Shown here: one piece after another, positions 9,929-17,522 of the stretch | Layout: each line of letters starts with the position of its first letter | Numbering within the stretch: position 1 is the stretch's first letter | From: a virus | Taxonomy: Duplodnaviria; Caudoviricetes | Strand: one strand, 5' to 3' | Virus record (IMG/VR): IMGVR_UViG_3300027711_000015 | Coordinates: 1-29,102 of that record | DNA: 29,102 bases | Notes under the pieces: generated by a model | Seen by the model: only the letters and a program-made list of their open reading frames with translations | Databases searched by the model: none | Told to the model about the DNA's origin: nothing | Translations under genes and position numbers: made by a program

Positions 9929-10061
9929 AAAATCTGGGCCTAGCTCGAATCACAGGCAGACTCTGGAACGAGAGCATCCGCTTGTCGCACAGGTGGCAAC
10001 GGCGCTGGAGCTGACAGAGCAGCAGCTGGATGAGCTGTTCCTCGACGCCTCTGTGCGATAG
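9921..10061 (+). pseudogene. Remnant (or 46-aa mini-gene) matching the C-terminus of a tail-fibre-associated protein
   Basis: Manual translation MCKKSGPSSNHRQTLEREHPLVAQVATALELTEQQLDELFLDASVR*; the R-x-HPLV...L-x-LT-x-x-Q-x-D-x-LF motif is typical of the end of small proteins that follow tail fibres. Confidence 0.6.
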
Positions 10062-10178
10062 CCTCCATCCCGCGTGGAGCGCATCCCGCATCAATGGGCA
10101 TTCCCGCAATGTGAGGCGCTTTCGACTGGCGCTGCATCACGCTACAATCACCCAAACTGGAAGAAGTAAGGCCATGAC

Positions 10179-10547
10179 GTGACAACACAATCAGATCAGT
10201 GCATAGGGATGGGGATAACGGCAGCTTGCGGGTTCATCTTGAACCCGTGGGCCTGCATAGGGTCATTGGCGGGATGCTGCTTTTTCTTGGCGATGCCTAG
10301 CACCACGCAGACCCTTACCCAGAGGATGCTGTTATCCTTCTTCTCTTGGGTCATGGGGTACGCTGCGGGGGCGTACTTCTACCCCGGCCCGCCGTGGAGC
10401 CAGGAGGCCATGCTCGTATCCGCCGCTGCTGCTGCCCTGTCATCCGTCGCCTTCACTGGTATCTACGCTTCCATGCACTCCAACTCAGACCTTCCCCGCT
10501 GGCTGTTGTCTATAGTGGAGATAGTGAAGAACTGGAGAGGCAGATGA
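10179..10547 (+). CDS. Putative holin / lysis membrane protein
   Basis: About 3 hydrophobic segments, basic C-terminus (KNWRGR), first gene of the lysis cassette. Confidence 0.7.
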   Translation: MTTQSDQCIGMGITAACGFILNPWACIGSLAGCCFFLAMPSTTQTLTQRMLLSFFSWVMGYAAGAYFYPGPPWSQEAMLVSAAAAALSSVAFTGIYASMHSNSDLPRWLLSIVEIVKNWRGR

Positions 10548-10819
10548 CCGACGAATTGCTGCTGTATATACGGCTGGCGCTCCATCTAGTGACGTTCGCG
10601 TATCTTGTCTCCTATCGCACCGCACAGACCAGCCGCCCATTCGTCAGCCTGGTTGCCGCGATGGCAGCGGGCGTATCACTGGCAGCAGCCGCGCATATCG
10701 TGCTGATCAAGCCGCAAGGCGGGCAGATGATGGCCACGCTGCTGGCGCTGGCGGGCGCGGTGGCTGTGGCTCGGTGCGGTGGGAATCTGGCGAGGGTTTT
10801 TAAGGGGAGGATGGTATGA
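10544..10819 (+). CDS. Putative 3-TM phage holin
   Basis: MTDELLLYIRL...; three TM segments and C-terminal GGNLARV motif; ATGA overlaps on both sides. Confidence 0.8.
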   Translation: MTDELLLYIRLALHLVTFAYLVSYRTAQTSRPFVSLVAAMAAGVSLAAAAHIVLIKPQGGQMMATLLALAGAVAVARCGGNLARVFKGRMV

Positions 10820-11310
10820 ATGACGCGCTGAAGGCTATCGACTGCGCGCTGTGTGCTCTGCCGGAGAAGATGAGCCGCCCGGAGGCACGGGTTATGCTCA
10901 TCGCCATCGGGTTGCAGGAGTCGCGCCTGATCCACCGCAGGCAGCTTGTTGGTGATCCTCCGCGCCCTACCGGCCCGGCTACGGGGTTGTGGCAGTTCGA
11001 GCGCGGTGGTGGCGTTACCGGCGTCCTGAACCACAGGGCCAGCCGGGATTATGCCCATGCGCTCTGCCGCATCCGGGACGTGGACGCCACGCCCGCCACG
11101 GTGTGGGCGGCATTGCAGCATGACGACGTTCTGGCCGCTGGATTCGCCCGGCTGCTGCTGTGGACTGATCCGCACGCTCTGCCCGAGATAGGCGACGCTG
11201 ACGGAGCATGGGACCTTTACATCCGCACATGGCGTCCCGGCAAACCCCATCGCAGCACATGGGACGCGCTTTACGACCAAGCGGTAGGGTTGGTCCGTGG
11301 TGCCCGTTAG
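10816..11310 (+). CDS. Endolysin (lysozyme/transglycosylase-like fold)
   Basis: AIGLQES (catalytic Glu), GPATGLWQFE and WRPGKP motifs; located between holin and spanins. Confidence 0.82.
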   Translation: MNDALKAIDCALCALPEKMSRPEARVMLIAIGLQESRLIHRRQLVGDPPRPTGPATGLWQFERGGGVTGVLNHRASRDYAHALCRIRDVDATPATVWAALQHDDVLAAGFARLLLWTDPHALPEIGDADGAWDLYIRTWRPGKPHRSTWDALYDQAVGLVRGAR

Positions 11311-11809
11311 CACCCGCGCATGGATAGCAGGCGGACTGCTGGTCGCTGGCTTCCTCGTCGGCTGGCAGGCACAAAGCTGGCGCATGTCGGGGCAGCTGGA
11401 GTCAGAGCGAGCCCGCCATGCCGCCTACGTGGCTCGCCAGCAGGAAGCAAGCGCCGACGTGATCAGCCGCACCCTGCTGCGGGAGCGGGATCTGCATAAT
11501 CAACTGGAGGAGTACGAACAGAATGCGCAGGCTGAAAGGCAGGAGTGGACTCGCAAGCTTGCTGATAGCAACGCTGTTGCTCGCCGGATGCGCGAAAGAC
11601 TCGACGATATATCAGGACGCATCGGTGCAGATACCGGCACTGCCTCAGAGTGCGCGGCAGCCAGAGCCACCGCCGGAGTGCTTGCCGAGCTGCTTGGAGA
11701 ATCTGACCAGCTGGCGGGTGCGTTCGCTGAAAGTGCTGACCGAAATCGAGTAGCGGGGGAGGCGTGCGTGCGTGCTTATGATGCCGCCAGGCACTCAAGT
11801 GCGAACTGA
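11297..11809 (+). CDS. Rz: i-spanin (Rz-like)
   Basis: Single N-terminal TM (AWIAGGLLVAGFLVGW), coiled-coil periplasmic region, C-terminal AGEACVRAYD. Confidence 0.85.
   Translation: MVPVSTRAWIAGGLLVAGFLVGWQAQSWRMSGQLESERARHAAYVARQQEASADVISRTLLRERDLHNQLEEYEQNAQAERQEWTRKLADSNAVARRMRERLDDISGRIGADTGTASECAAARATAGVLAELLGESDQLAGAFAESADRNRVAGEACVRAYDAARHSSAN
11523..11753 (+). CDS. Rz1: o-spanin lipoprotein (Rz1-like), embedded in +1 frame
   Basis: Signal peptide with lipobox LLLAG-C, Pro-rich mature part with Cys residues, fully nested in Rz. Confidence 0.85.
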   Translation: MRRLKGRSGLASLLIATLLLAGCAKDSTIYQDASVQIPALPQSARQPEPPPECLPSCLENLTSWRVRSLKVLTEIE

Positions 11810-11985
11810 ACCGGGTAGGGCGCAGAACGCCAGCTGGTGCTCGTTTCGTCGCTCAGGTAGTACCGCATCGAGCGGTCGGTGATGCCGAGCAGGCGGGCCG
11901 CTTCTCGCTGGCTGATGCCGGCTTGCTCCAGAAGCCCGCGCAGGTAGCGCGGGTCTGGGTTGTGGAGGGATGAGTCAGGCTTCAT
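11776..11985 (-). CDS. Small XRE-like HTH DNA-binding protein
   Basis: MKPDSSLHNPDPRYLRGLLEQAGISQREAARLLGITDRSMRYY; HTH pattern; start at 11985 overlaps the upstream small ORF. Confidence 0.85.
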   Translation of the reverse strand: MKPDSSLHNPDPRYLRGLLEQAGISQREAARLLGITDRSMRYYLSDETSTSWRSAPYPVQFALECLAAS

Positions 11986-12121
11986 GGGTCTGGTCGAGGG
12001 TGGCCAGGCCTGCATCAATGTATTCATGTAATGCTTCCATGTACGCCTCGGGAAACTCCCCATTGACAGGTTCGACTTGTTCGCCAGCTTTGATCATCTT
12101 TGCGTAGTCCTGTTTGCTCAT
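11975..12121 (-). CDS. 48-aa acidic hypothetical protein (not in ORF track)
   Basis: MSKQDYAKMIKAGEQVEPVNGEFPEAYMEALHEYIDAGLATLDQTHEA*; AAGGAG RBS and a promoter upstream. Confidence 0.7.
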   Translation of the reverse strand: MSKQDYAKMIKAGEQVEPVNGEFPEAYMEALHEYIDAGLATLDQTHEA

Positions 12122-12168
12122 GGTGTTGCTCCTTGGTTGCGCCTCGCCGTTGTGGCTGGCATGCGCTT

Positions 12169-12197
12169 AATATAGTGGGAACAACGTTCCTACGCAA
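12169..12197 (-). promoter_or_regulatory. Sigma70-like promoter with operator-like inverted repeat in the spacer
   Basis: Minus strand TTGCGT-N17-TATATT; spacer contains GGAAC-N3-GTTCC. Confidence 0.7.
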
Positions 12198-12280
12198 GCA
12201 CTGAAAAGGAATGATGCACGAAAGCCTACGGACGGTAGTGCAGGGGAATTGATTTGCCAGGTCGGGCGGAGAATGGCGCG

Positions 12281-12490
12281 TTACCTCTCCGCGATCTCCT
12301 GACAATAAACGCACCTGACCGCCCACGGCGCAGCAAACCGCCGCGCCTCGGGGATCTGGTCGCCGCAATCTTCACATTCGGTGGCGCCAGGCTGCGCCAG
12401 TTGTGCGCGTACAGCCCGGGTTCCTGCTGCGCGCTCGGCTTCTTCTAGTTCGCTGGCGCGGTCTAGTAGGTCGGCGGGGGCTTGGATCAT
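12281..12490 (-). CDS. DksA/TraR C4 zinc-finger protein
   Basis: N-terminal DLLDRASELEE, CEDCGDQIPEARR, RCVYCQE. Confidence 0.92.
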   Translation of the reverse strand: MIQAPADLLDRASELEEAERAAGTRAVRAQLAQPGATECEDCGDQIPEARRFAAPWAVRCVYCQEIAER

Positions 12491-12509
12491 GATTTGTCCT
12501 CCTGTGGCT

Positions 12510-12989
12510 TTATATGGCGTGTGGCTCCGGTTGCTTCACGTTGACATACTCCTTACTGACCTCGATGGCAGCGCTAAACAGCGCGTCCGCATCCTTCTCG
12601 CTGTATTCAATGGGATACGGAAAGGCGATCCAGCCGGAACTGTACAGGTGTTGCGGGTTCTGCGCATTCACCAGCGCTGTGTGATGCTCACGAATCATAT
12701 CAGTCAGGTGCTCGGCTCGGTAGATGCCGCCAGTCTCAACCTCGACGGCCTTGGTGTACTGCTCGCCATCCGGCTTCCGGCAGAACGCGGCCATGTAGAT
12801 GGTCCAGCGGTGCGGCACGTCGCACAGCGCCTTAGCGATGCGCGGGTTGGCTGGGATCAGCTTGCGATTGCCGTGGTGGAAAGTGGTCTGGAACGAATGT
12901 GGCTCGTTCAGGTTCACGATGCAGACCTTGTGCAGCCGCAGGACTGAGCGGGCGGCGTTCGCCAGGCGGGCTCTGGTTTGGGGTTTCAT
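12510..12989 (-). CDS. Hypothetical phage protein
   Basis: MKPQTRARLANAAR...; ATGA overlap with upstream gene and GGAGG RBS. Confidence 0.7.
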   Translation of the reverse strand: MKPQTRARLANAARSVLRLHKVCIVNLNEPHSFQTTFHHGNRKLIPANPRIAKALCDVPHRWTIYMAAFCRKPDGEQYTKAVEVETGGIYRAEHLTDMIREHHTALVNAQNPQHLYSSGWIAFPYPIEYSEKDADALFSAAIEVSKEYVNVKQPEPHAI

Positions 12990-13423
12990 GGGTTGCGTTC
13001 CTCCATGGCGGCGTCGATGGCGTCTCGTGGGGTCTTGAATACAGGGTAGCTGTAGTTGGTGAACGGGCTGACGCATCCCCACCGGCCTTTGTGGCTGCGT
13101 AGCCAACCGGGGTGCTGCGCAATGAAGTCCAGCCGCTCCGCATCCTTGCGCAGCCTCTCACACTCGGCTTTCAGTGCGTCCACCTGCTCGAGCGCTCGCA
13201 TCAACTCCCCGAAGTGCACGTCGCGGTCTTGGCGCACACAGAAAATTTCTTCCTCATGGGCGGCCTTCAGGGCTTCGTAGTCGCTGAGGCGCACCAGCGG
13301 CACATCGTTAAACTCAGCAGGCGTGTCTGTCAGGATGCATGGCGCGTTATTGTGGCGTGACTCCAGCTTGTGCAGCGCGGTGCTGGGTGCCCATGCTGCG
13401 ATAGGTGGATTATTGGTTGTCAT
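12986..13423 (-). CDS. Hypothetical phage protein (early accessory type)
   Basis: Common phage accessory motifs VRLSDYEAL, LRKDAERLDF, RDAIDAAM. Confidence 0.75.
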   Translation of the reverse strand: MTTNNPPIAAWAPSTALHKLESRHNNAPCILTDTPAEFNDVPLVRLSDYEALKAAHEEEIFCVRQDRDVHFGELMRALEQVDALKAECERLRKDAERLDFIAQHPGWLRSHKGRWGCVSPFTNYSYPVFKTPRDAIDAAMEERNP

Positions 13424-13676
13424 GTCCGGTCCCCACTACCCATAATTGCTCTATACGGCACTGCTCGCAGCGCTTGCGCACAGTGCGAATCTCCCTGTAA
13501 ATCTCGGCACCGACCCCAAACTGCAACGCAGCCCGGATCGCTCGTTGTCCGTTTCTATACCATTTGCACTCGCCACCCGGCTGAAAGCTGGGCGGGTAGA
13601 CGAGGTATGCGACCATGGTTCGCGGTCGGGTTCGGCGGGGATCGCGCCGATTCGCCTCCGGCTTATTGGTTGTCAT
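13410..13676 (-). CDS. Hypothetical basic protein
   Basis: 88 aa, ATGA-coupled, AAGGAG RBS. Confidence 0.65.
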   Translation of the reverse strand: MTTNKPEANRRDPRRTRPRTMVAYLVYPPSFQPGGECKWYRNGQRAIRAALQFGVGAEIYREIRTVRKRCEQCRIEQLWVVGTGHDNQ

Positions 13677-13679
13677 GTC
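13410..13679. repeat. 17-bp direct repeat TTATTGGTTGTCATGTC at 13410-13426 and 13663-13679
   Basis: Exact repeat covering the start codons of two consecutive genes (both begin MTTN). Confidence 0.85.
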
Positions 13680-15205
13680 TTGTCTCCTTGTTTGCGGTGG
13701 GCCGCGAGTGCGGCGTCAATGCGCTGTATCACGACGTGCTGCGCTATATCGGCGTCCGTTGTGAAGTAGTCCGGCGCGTTTGCGCGAAGGGCGGAAGCTA
13801 TCGTTTCGCGAGCCATTGTTAGCGCCTCCACCTGGCCTGCTACGTCCGACGCTGGCTGTTGGCTACTGATCAGCCCTTTGCGGTTGGCAGCCAGAGCTGC
13901 GTCCGCCTCTTCTACGGTCTGGTAATCATAGAGCCACGATCCATCGTTCTGATCCTGCTGATTGTGTCTCTCGATCATCCACATCAGCTCATCCCTGCAA
14001 GCCTCCAGCGCCTCCACCAGTGCCTTCACGTCCACCATCGGCGGCTCCCCATTGATCCCCGGGAACATGGCGTCGATCTTCCGCGCTTCGTCGAAGTCTC
14101 GGGCAATCACCAGCTCGCGGCCATCGGCCAGCATGATGTTTCCCGGCCTGTGGCCGTGCCCGCTGCAGGACGCCACAGTGCGGATGCCTGCCTTGTTCAG
14201 CGCTGAAACAAGGTCGGCAATTTCAGGGTCGCACCATACGGTCGGCGTGCCGTCTGGGCCTTGCTCCAGAACGACCATTGATGATTCGCGGGATTGGCTG
14301 CACGCCACGTCCGGCGCGGGCTGCTGCTCAGCTGCGGCCCTAGAAGGCTGCTTTTCCGGGGCCGCCCACGTTTCTACACATTCGGGGCAGATATTGCTGT
14401 GACCGACGATGCCGACATCTCGACAGGTGCTGCACTTCGGCTGCTGTTCTGCGGGCTGCGGGGCGGTGTAGAGCGCCGCCGTTCTCATCTGAGTGAACAC
14501 GCTGGACGCCGTATGCTTGCCTTCGCATATTTCGCGCTCTATCTCGTCAAAGCGTTCGCGCAGGCGAGCATGATCCGGCGCGGGCTGCTGCTCAACCACC
14601 CGCTTGCCGGCCTCCCAGAACACAGCACACAGCGCAGCTGCGGCTGTACCCCATATCTCGTGCTCTCGGCACAGCGCCGAGAACGCGGGATCATCGTAGG
14701 GGGCACCCTCGCGAATGTCCTCGGGGCAAGGCCGGTGCTCTGTGGGCTGCGGGGCGGTGTAGAGCAGTGTCCCTTCCGGCAGATTCTTAGCGTTGTCATA
14801 CAAAACAACCTCACACTCTTCGCTGTTACGAGCTATGCCGTGGTAGTGAACGTGTCGAATAAACCCCACCGGCTCCCTCTGATCCTCAAGATTCGAGGTG
14901 GCTAGTGAATCTAGCAATTTGCGAACAACCCAGTCGGCAACTTCATCTTCACGGACGACCCCGCCGCTCCCGCACGGCGCATAAATCTCCCATCGCTCTC
15001 CTTCCCTTGCACCGGATCGACCCGTCAGATGCATCACTCGAAAGCCGTTCAACATTAAACCCCCCTGCACAGCAGGCGCGGCGGCGAGCATGGCCTTCCA
15101 CACCGTACGCGCATCCTCATCGCGTGCGCCCATCTCTATGCCACCATTCGCCATCATCTCCGGCGTAGGCTCCAACGGCACCACCTTGTAATCACTCATA
15201 TTCAT
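13673..15205 (-). CDS. Mosaic multi-module accessory protein with repeated LYTAPQP / EQQPAPD linkers
   Basis: 510 aa; VPLEPTPEM...WKAMLAAAP start module; linkers repeated at the DNA level; CxxC-CxxC module; ASCSGH module. Confidence 0.8.
   Translation of the reverse strand: MNMSDYKVVPLEPTPEMMANGGIEMGARDEDARTVWKAMLAAAPAVQGGLMLNGFRVMHLTGRSGAREGERWEIYAPCGSGGVVREDEVADWVVRKLLDSLATSNLEDQREPVGFIRHVHYHGIARNSEECEVVLYDNAKNLPEGTLLYTAPQPTEHRPCPEDIREGAPYDDPAFSALCREHEIWGTAAAALCAVFWEAGKRVVEQQPAPDHARLRERFDEIEREICEGKHTASSVFTQMRTAALYTAPQPAEQQPKCSTCRDVGIVGHSNICPECVETWAAPEKQPSRAAAEQQPAPDVACSQSRESSMVVLEQGPDGTPTVWCDPEIADLVSALNKAGIRTVASCSGHGHRPGNIMLADGRELVIARDFDEARKIDAMFPGINGEPPMVDVKALVEALEACRDELMWMIERHNQQDQNDGSWLYDYQTVEEADAALAANRKGLISSQQPASDVAGQVEALTMARETIASALRANAPDYFTTDADIAQHVVIQRIDAALAAHRKQGDKT
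14310..14765. repeat. Two pairs of exact intragenic direct repeats
   Basis: TCCGGCGCGGGCTGCTGCTCA at 14310-14330 and 14574-14594; GGGCTGCGGGGCGGTGTAGAGC at 14453-14474 and 14744-14765. Confidence 0.85.
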
Positions 15206-15399
15206 TTCTCCTCAACAACGATCTTCTTATTACACCCAGGCTGCGCAGCGAATGCGGTTATGCCTCGGGCGGGGTTCGATTCGTTAAGCCACTTCTGCCA
15301 CTCGGTGTACCGCTGGCAGGTGTGGCGCTCTTTGCAGTACAGGTCTGTGCTACCGATGATGGTGCCGGTGCAGAGTGGTTCTGTGTGGGGGAGGATCAT
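15202..15399 (-). CDS. Small Cys-rich hypothetical protein
   Basis: 65 aa, four Cys (C...C-x4-CQRY...C), ATGA-coupled. Confidence 0.65.
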   Translation of the reverse strand: MILPHTEPLCTGTIIGSTDLYCKERHTCQRYTEWQKWLNESNPARGITAFAAQPGCNKKIVVEEK

Positions 15400-15776
15400 G
15401 TCTTCACCCTCCCGATCTCGGCAGCGGCTCTTACGATGGCGCGGCGGGTGGCAGCATCTCGGCCCCCTATGCCGTCATACCGCTCGGAGCATATTGGCGC
15501 TCCATTCTCCCAAGGGGCATAACCGACCATCGCAGTTCCGTGTGCGGTAGGCGCCTCGCAAAGGGTATGGCATATGCTCAACTTGAGTGCATTAGCCAAC
15601 CGCAGCGCATCGCCGTCATCTTCGAGGGGCAACCACACGCGTCGTTGACCTGCCATTGTCGGCGGATTGTCAATGAAGTGAGGCTCAGCATGAACGAAGC
15701 ATTCCCAGCGGTCATGCCATCGCACCTTATAACCCGCCGCCTTAGCCGCCAGCTTCAGCAGTTCGCGATCAGTCAT
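15396..15776 (-). CDS. Conserved phage hypothetical protein
   Basis: MTDRELLKLAAKAAG...WLPLEDDGDALRLA...ATRRAIVRAAAEIG, a recognisable phage family. Confidence 0.85.
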   Translation of the reverse strand: MTDRELLKLAAKAAGYKVRWHDRWECFVHAEPHFIDNPPTMAGQRRVWLPLEDDGDALRLANALKLSICHTLCEAPTAHGTAMVGYAPWENGAPICSERYDGIGGRDAATRRAIVRAAAEIGRVKT

Positions 15777-16033
15777 GGCTTCACCCTCACGCCTGCGGAT
15801 TCGATGGCGGAAATTACGGCCTCAACCTCTGCCACCATTACAGGATGCGCGAAGTCGCCAGGCTCCGAGCCTTGCGGCAGCTTCACCACCAGCGCGGCGC
15901 GGGATGCCTGCCAGGCTGCCCAAGCCCTGTCGGTCTCTTCACTTGCGTATGCCACCACTACGTCATCCCTGATCAGGTCGTAGCCCTGGTGTACTGCCCA
16001 CGCCTCAAACTCCTCCCTCATTTTCTCATCCAT
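15773..16033 (-). CDS. Conserved phage hypothetical protein
   Basis: MREEFEAW...AWAAWQASRAALVVKLP motif. Confidence 0.8.
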   Translation of the reverse strand: MDEKMREEFEAWAVHQGYDLIRDDVVVAYASEETDRAWAAWQASRAALVVKLPQGSEPGDFAHPVMVAEVEAVISAIESAGVRVKP

Positions 16034-16043
16034 ACCTACCTCC

Positions 16044-16349
16044 CTACCGGCGCCGACCGGTCATATCGTTGATAGTGGAGCGGGTGATCTCCAGATTGAA
16101 CGCCCGCTTAATCTCTGTTGCCGTGAACCCGGACTGCCGCAGTGTGATGATCATGGCCCGTTGCAGGTTGCTGACCTTGGCTTTGTGGTGCGCCTCTCCG
16201 TAGAGCCGGCCATCCAGACCCAAGGCGCGGCGGCGGCGGGCAACTGACTGCACACTGCGGCCGGGCAGCAGGCTGGCTATCTCTCGGGCGGAAACCACGC
16301 CGGCCAGATCCCGGATCACCTTGTCCTCGCTATCAGTCCAGCGGCTCAC
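16044..16349 (-). CDS. Putative DNA-binding protein (Myb/HTH-like)
   Basis: WTDSEDKVI...IASLLPGRSVQSV plus C-terminal GEAHHKAKV...TATEIKRAFNLEITRSTI HTH-like segment. Confidence 0.65.
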   Translation of the reverse strand: MSRWTDSEDKVIRDLAGVVSAREIASLLPGRSVQSVARRRRALGLDGRLYGEAHHKAKVSNLQRAMIITLRQSGFTATEIKRAFNLEITRSTINDMTGRRR

Positions 16350-16645
16350 GGCTGACCTCCCTCATGCGTCAACGCCTTCAGCGACTGAATTCGGTCGATC
16401 AGCTGCTGCTCCTTAACGTGCGCTTCTGCCCGGTGCTTCTCAAGCGCCTGTTCTGCTGCTGCCAGTTGGGCAGCGCGAGGGTCGATAAGGTCGGATTCGT
16501 TGTACTCGACGTGAGCATGCACGATGCCGAGATTGGTGTAATCGTCTGGGAACGTACTCGCCAGATCGTGAGTGCTGTAGAATCGTCCGCCGAAGCGGGC
16601 GCCTCCCAAGATGTACAGCTTGACGGTATCTCTGATAGTTGCCAT
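16346..16645 (-). CDS. Hypothetical protein with C-terminal coiled coil
   Basis: 99 aa, GAGG RBS, C-terminal IDRIQSLKALTHE. Confidence 0.7.
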   Translation of the reverse strand: MATIRDTVKLYILGGARFGGRFYSTHDLASTFPDDYTNLGIVHAHVEYNESDLIDPRAAQLAAAEQALEKHRAEAHVKEQQLIDRIQSLKALTHEGGQP

Positions 16646-16675
16646 GATGACCTCGGTTTCTCCTTGTTGACTTTT

Positions 16676-16704
16676 AGCCCCTCGTTTGAGGGGCTTTCTT
16701 TATT
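16676..16704. terminator. Intergenic hairpin; T-rich tail only on the + strand
   Basis: AGCCCCTC-GTTT-GAGGGGCT followed by TTCTTTATT. Confidence 0.55.
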
Positions 16705-16706
16705 GC

Positions 16707-16976
16707 TTACTGAGCAGCCACCCAGCCTTCAACCGCGTCGCAGCGGCCAGTCAGGCCAGTAGTGACGATGGCGCGCATATCTCGGCTGATCAGGTGGAAT
16801 TGGACCGGATGGCCGTAATTGATGACAACGCGGAACGCATCGCTGCCGTCCAGACCGAGCTCGGCAGCATTCGCGAACTGCTCAGGCATGCTGCCGTCGA
16901 TGCTGACAGTGCCAGCGCCGTGCTTTTCGATCAGGCTGGTCAGTTCTGCTGCGGTGATGATGTCGTTGGTTTTCAT
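16707..16976 (-). CDS. Hypothetical protein
   Basis: MKTNDIITAAEL...; GAGG RBS; first gene after the promoter at 17024-17052. Confidence 0.65.
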   Translation of the reverse strand: MKTNDIITAAELTSLIEKHGAGTVSIDGSMPEQFANAAELGLDGSDAFRVVINYGHPVQFHLISRDMRAIVTTGLTGRCDAVEGWVAAQ

Positions 16977-17023
16977 GGTTTCATCCTCGTTCATTGTCCG
17001 GCGTTTCCCGCCCTGTTGGATAT

Positions 17024-17062
17024 AGTATTGCAAAGCCTTATCTGCCTTGCAAGTATTTTTTT
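17024..17062 (-). promoter_or_regulatory. Sigma70-like early promoter
   Basis: Minus strand AAAAAAATAC-TTGCAA-N17-AATACT with A-rich UP element; motif shared with two other sites. Confidence 0.7.
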
Positions 17063-17076
17063 ATAAATAATGCATG

Positions 17077-17100
17077 AAAAAGCCCGTTGGTGCCGGGCTT
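17077..17100 (-). terminator. Rho-independent terminator
   Basis: Minus strand AAGCCCG-N7-CGGGCTT-TTT right after the stop at 17106. Confidence 0.7.
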
Positions 17101-17105
17101 GGTTG

Positions 17106-17522
17106 TTACACCTCCATCGGCTTCCCGCCAATGTAGTGCTCTGCCGTAGGTCCGTTCTGCCCGATCTGATCCATGCGCCGCTCGCCCTCTTCCCATGCAT
17201 TCGGCGTGGCCGGGTGTGCGGTGTAGAGTTCGCGGATGACGGGGCGGCGGCGGTCTCGTGCAGCGGACTCGCCTGCCAGGGAGAAGTACGCCGCGCCGTC
17301 CTCATAGGAATCCATGCGCAAGCCGCCCTGCTGGCTACGGACAGCCTTCAGCAGCGCCATGAACAGCCATCCCTGCTCCTCGGTCAGCCTGTGGCCGGTT
17401 ACAGCCTTGAACGCCTCTACGGTCGCGCCCATGCTGCGCTCGCCCTCCGGTTTATCGTATGTGGCGGCTCGGTCTTGCATGTGGCCTGCGGCGGCTTTGA
17501 GTATGTCGTGTGCGGTGGTCAT
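17106..17522 (-). CDS. DUF6378-like all-alpha protein
   Basis: DRAATYD...ERSM, FMALLKAVR, DSYEDGAAYFSL motifs. Confidence 0.75.
   Translation of the reverse strand: MTTAHDILKAAAGHMQDRAATYDKPEGERSMGATVEAFKAVTGHRLTEEQGWLFMALLKAVRSQQGGLRMDSYEDGAAYFSLAGESAARDRRRPVIRELYTAHPATPNAWEEGERRMDQIGQNGPTAEHYIGGKPMEV

Noticed and set aside
10612-11385. 257-aa minus-strand ORF
   Set aside because: Shadow of holin, endolysin and spanin genes
14310-14765. Direct repeats as a possible CRISPR mini-array or DGR template/variable repeats
   Set aside because: Only two copies each, in-frame protein linkers, spacing too long, no adenine-specific variation, and no cas or reverse transcriptase gene in the window
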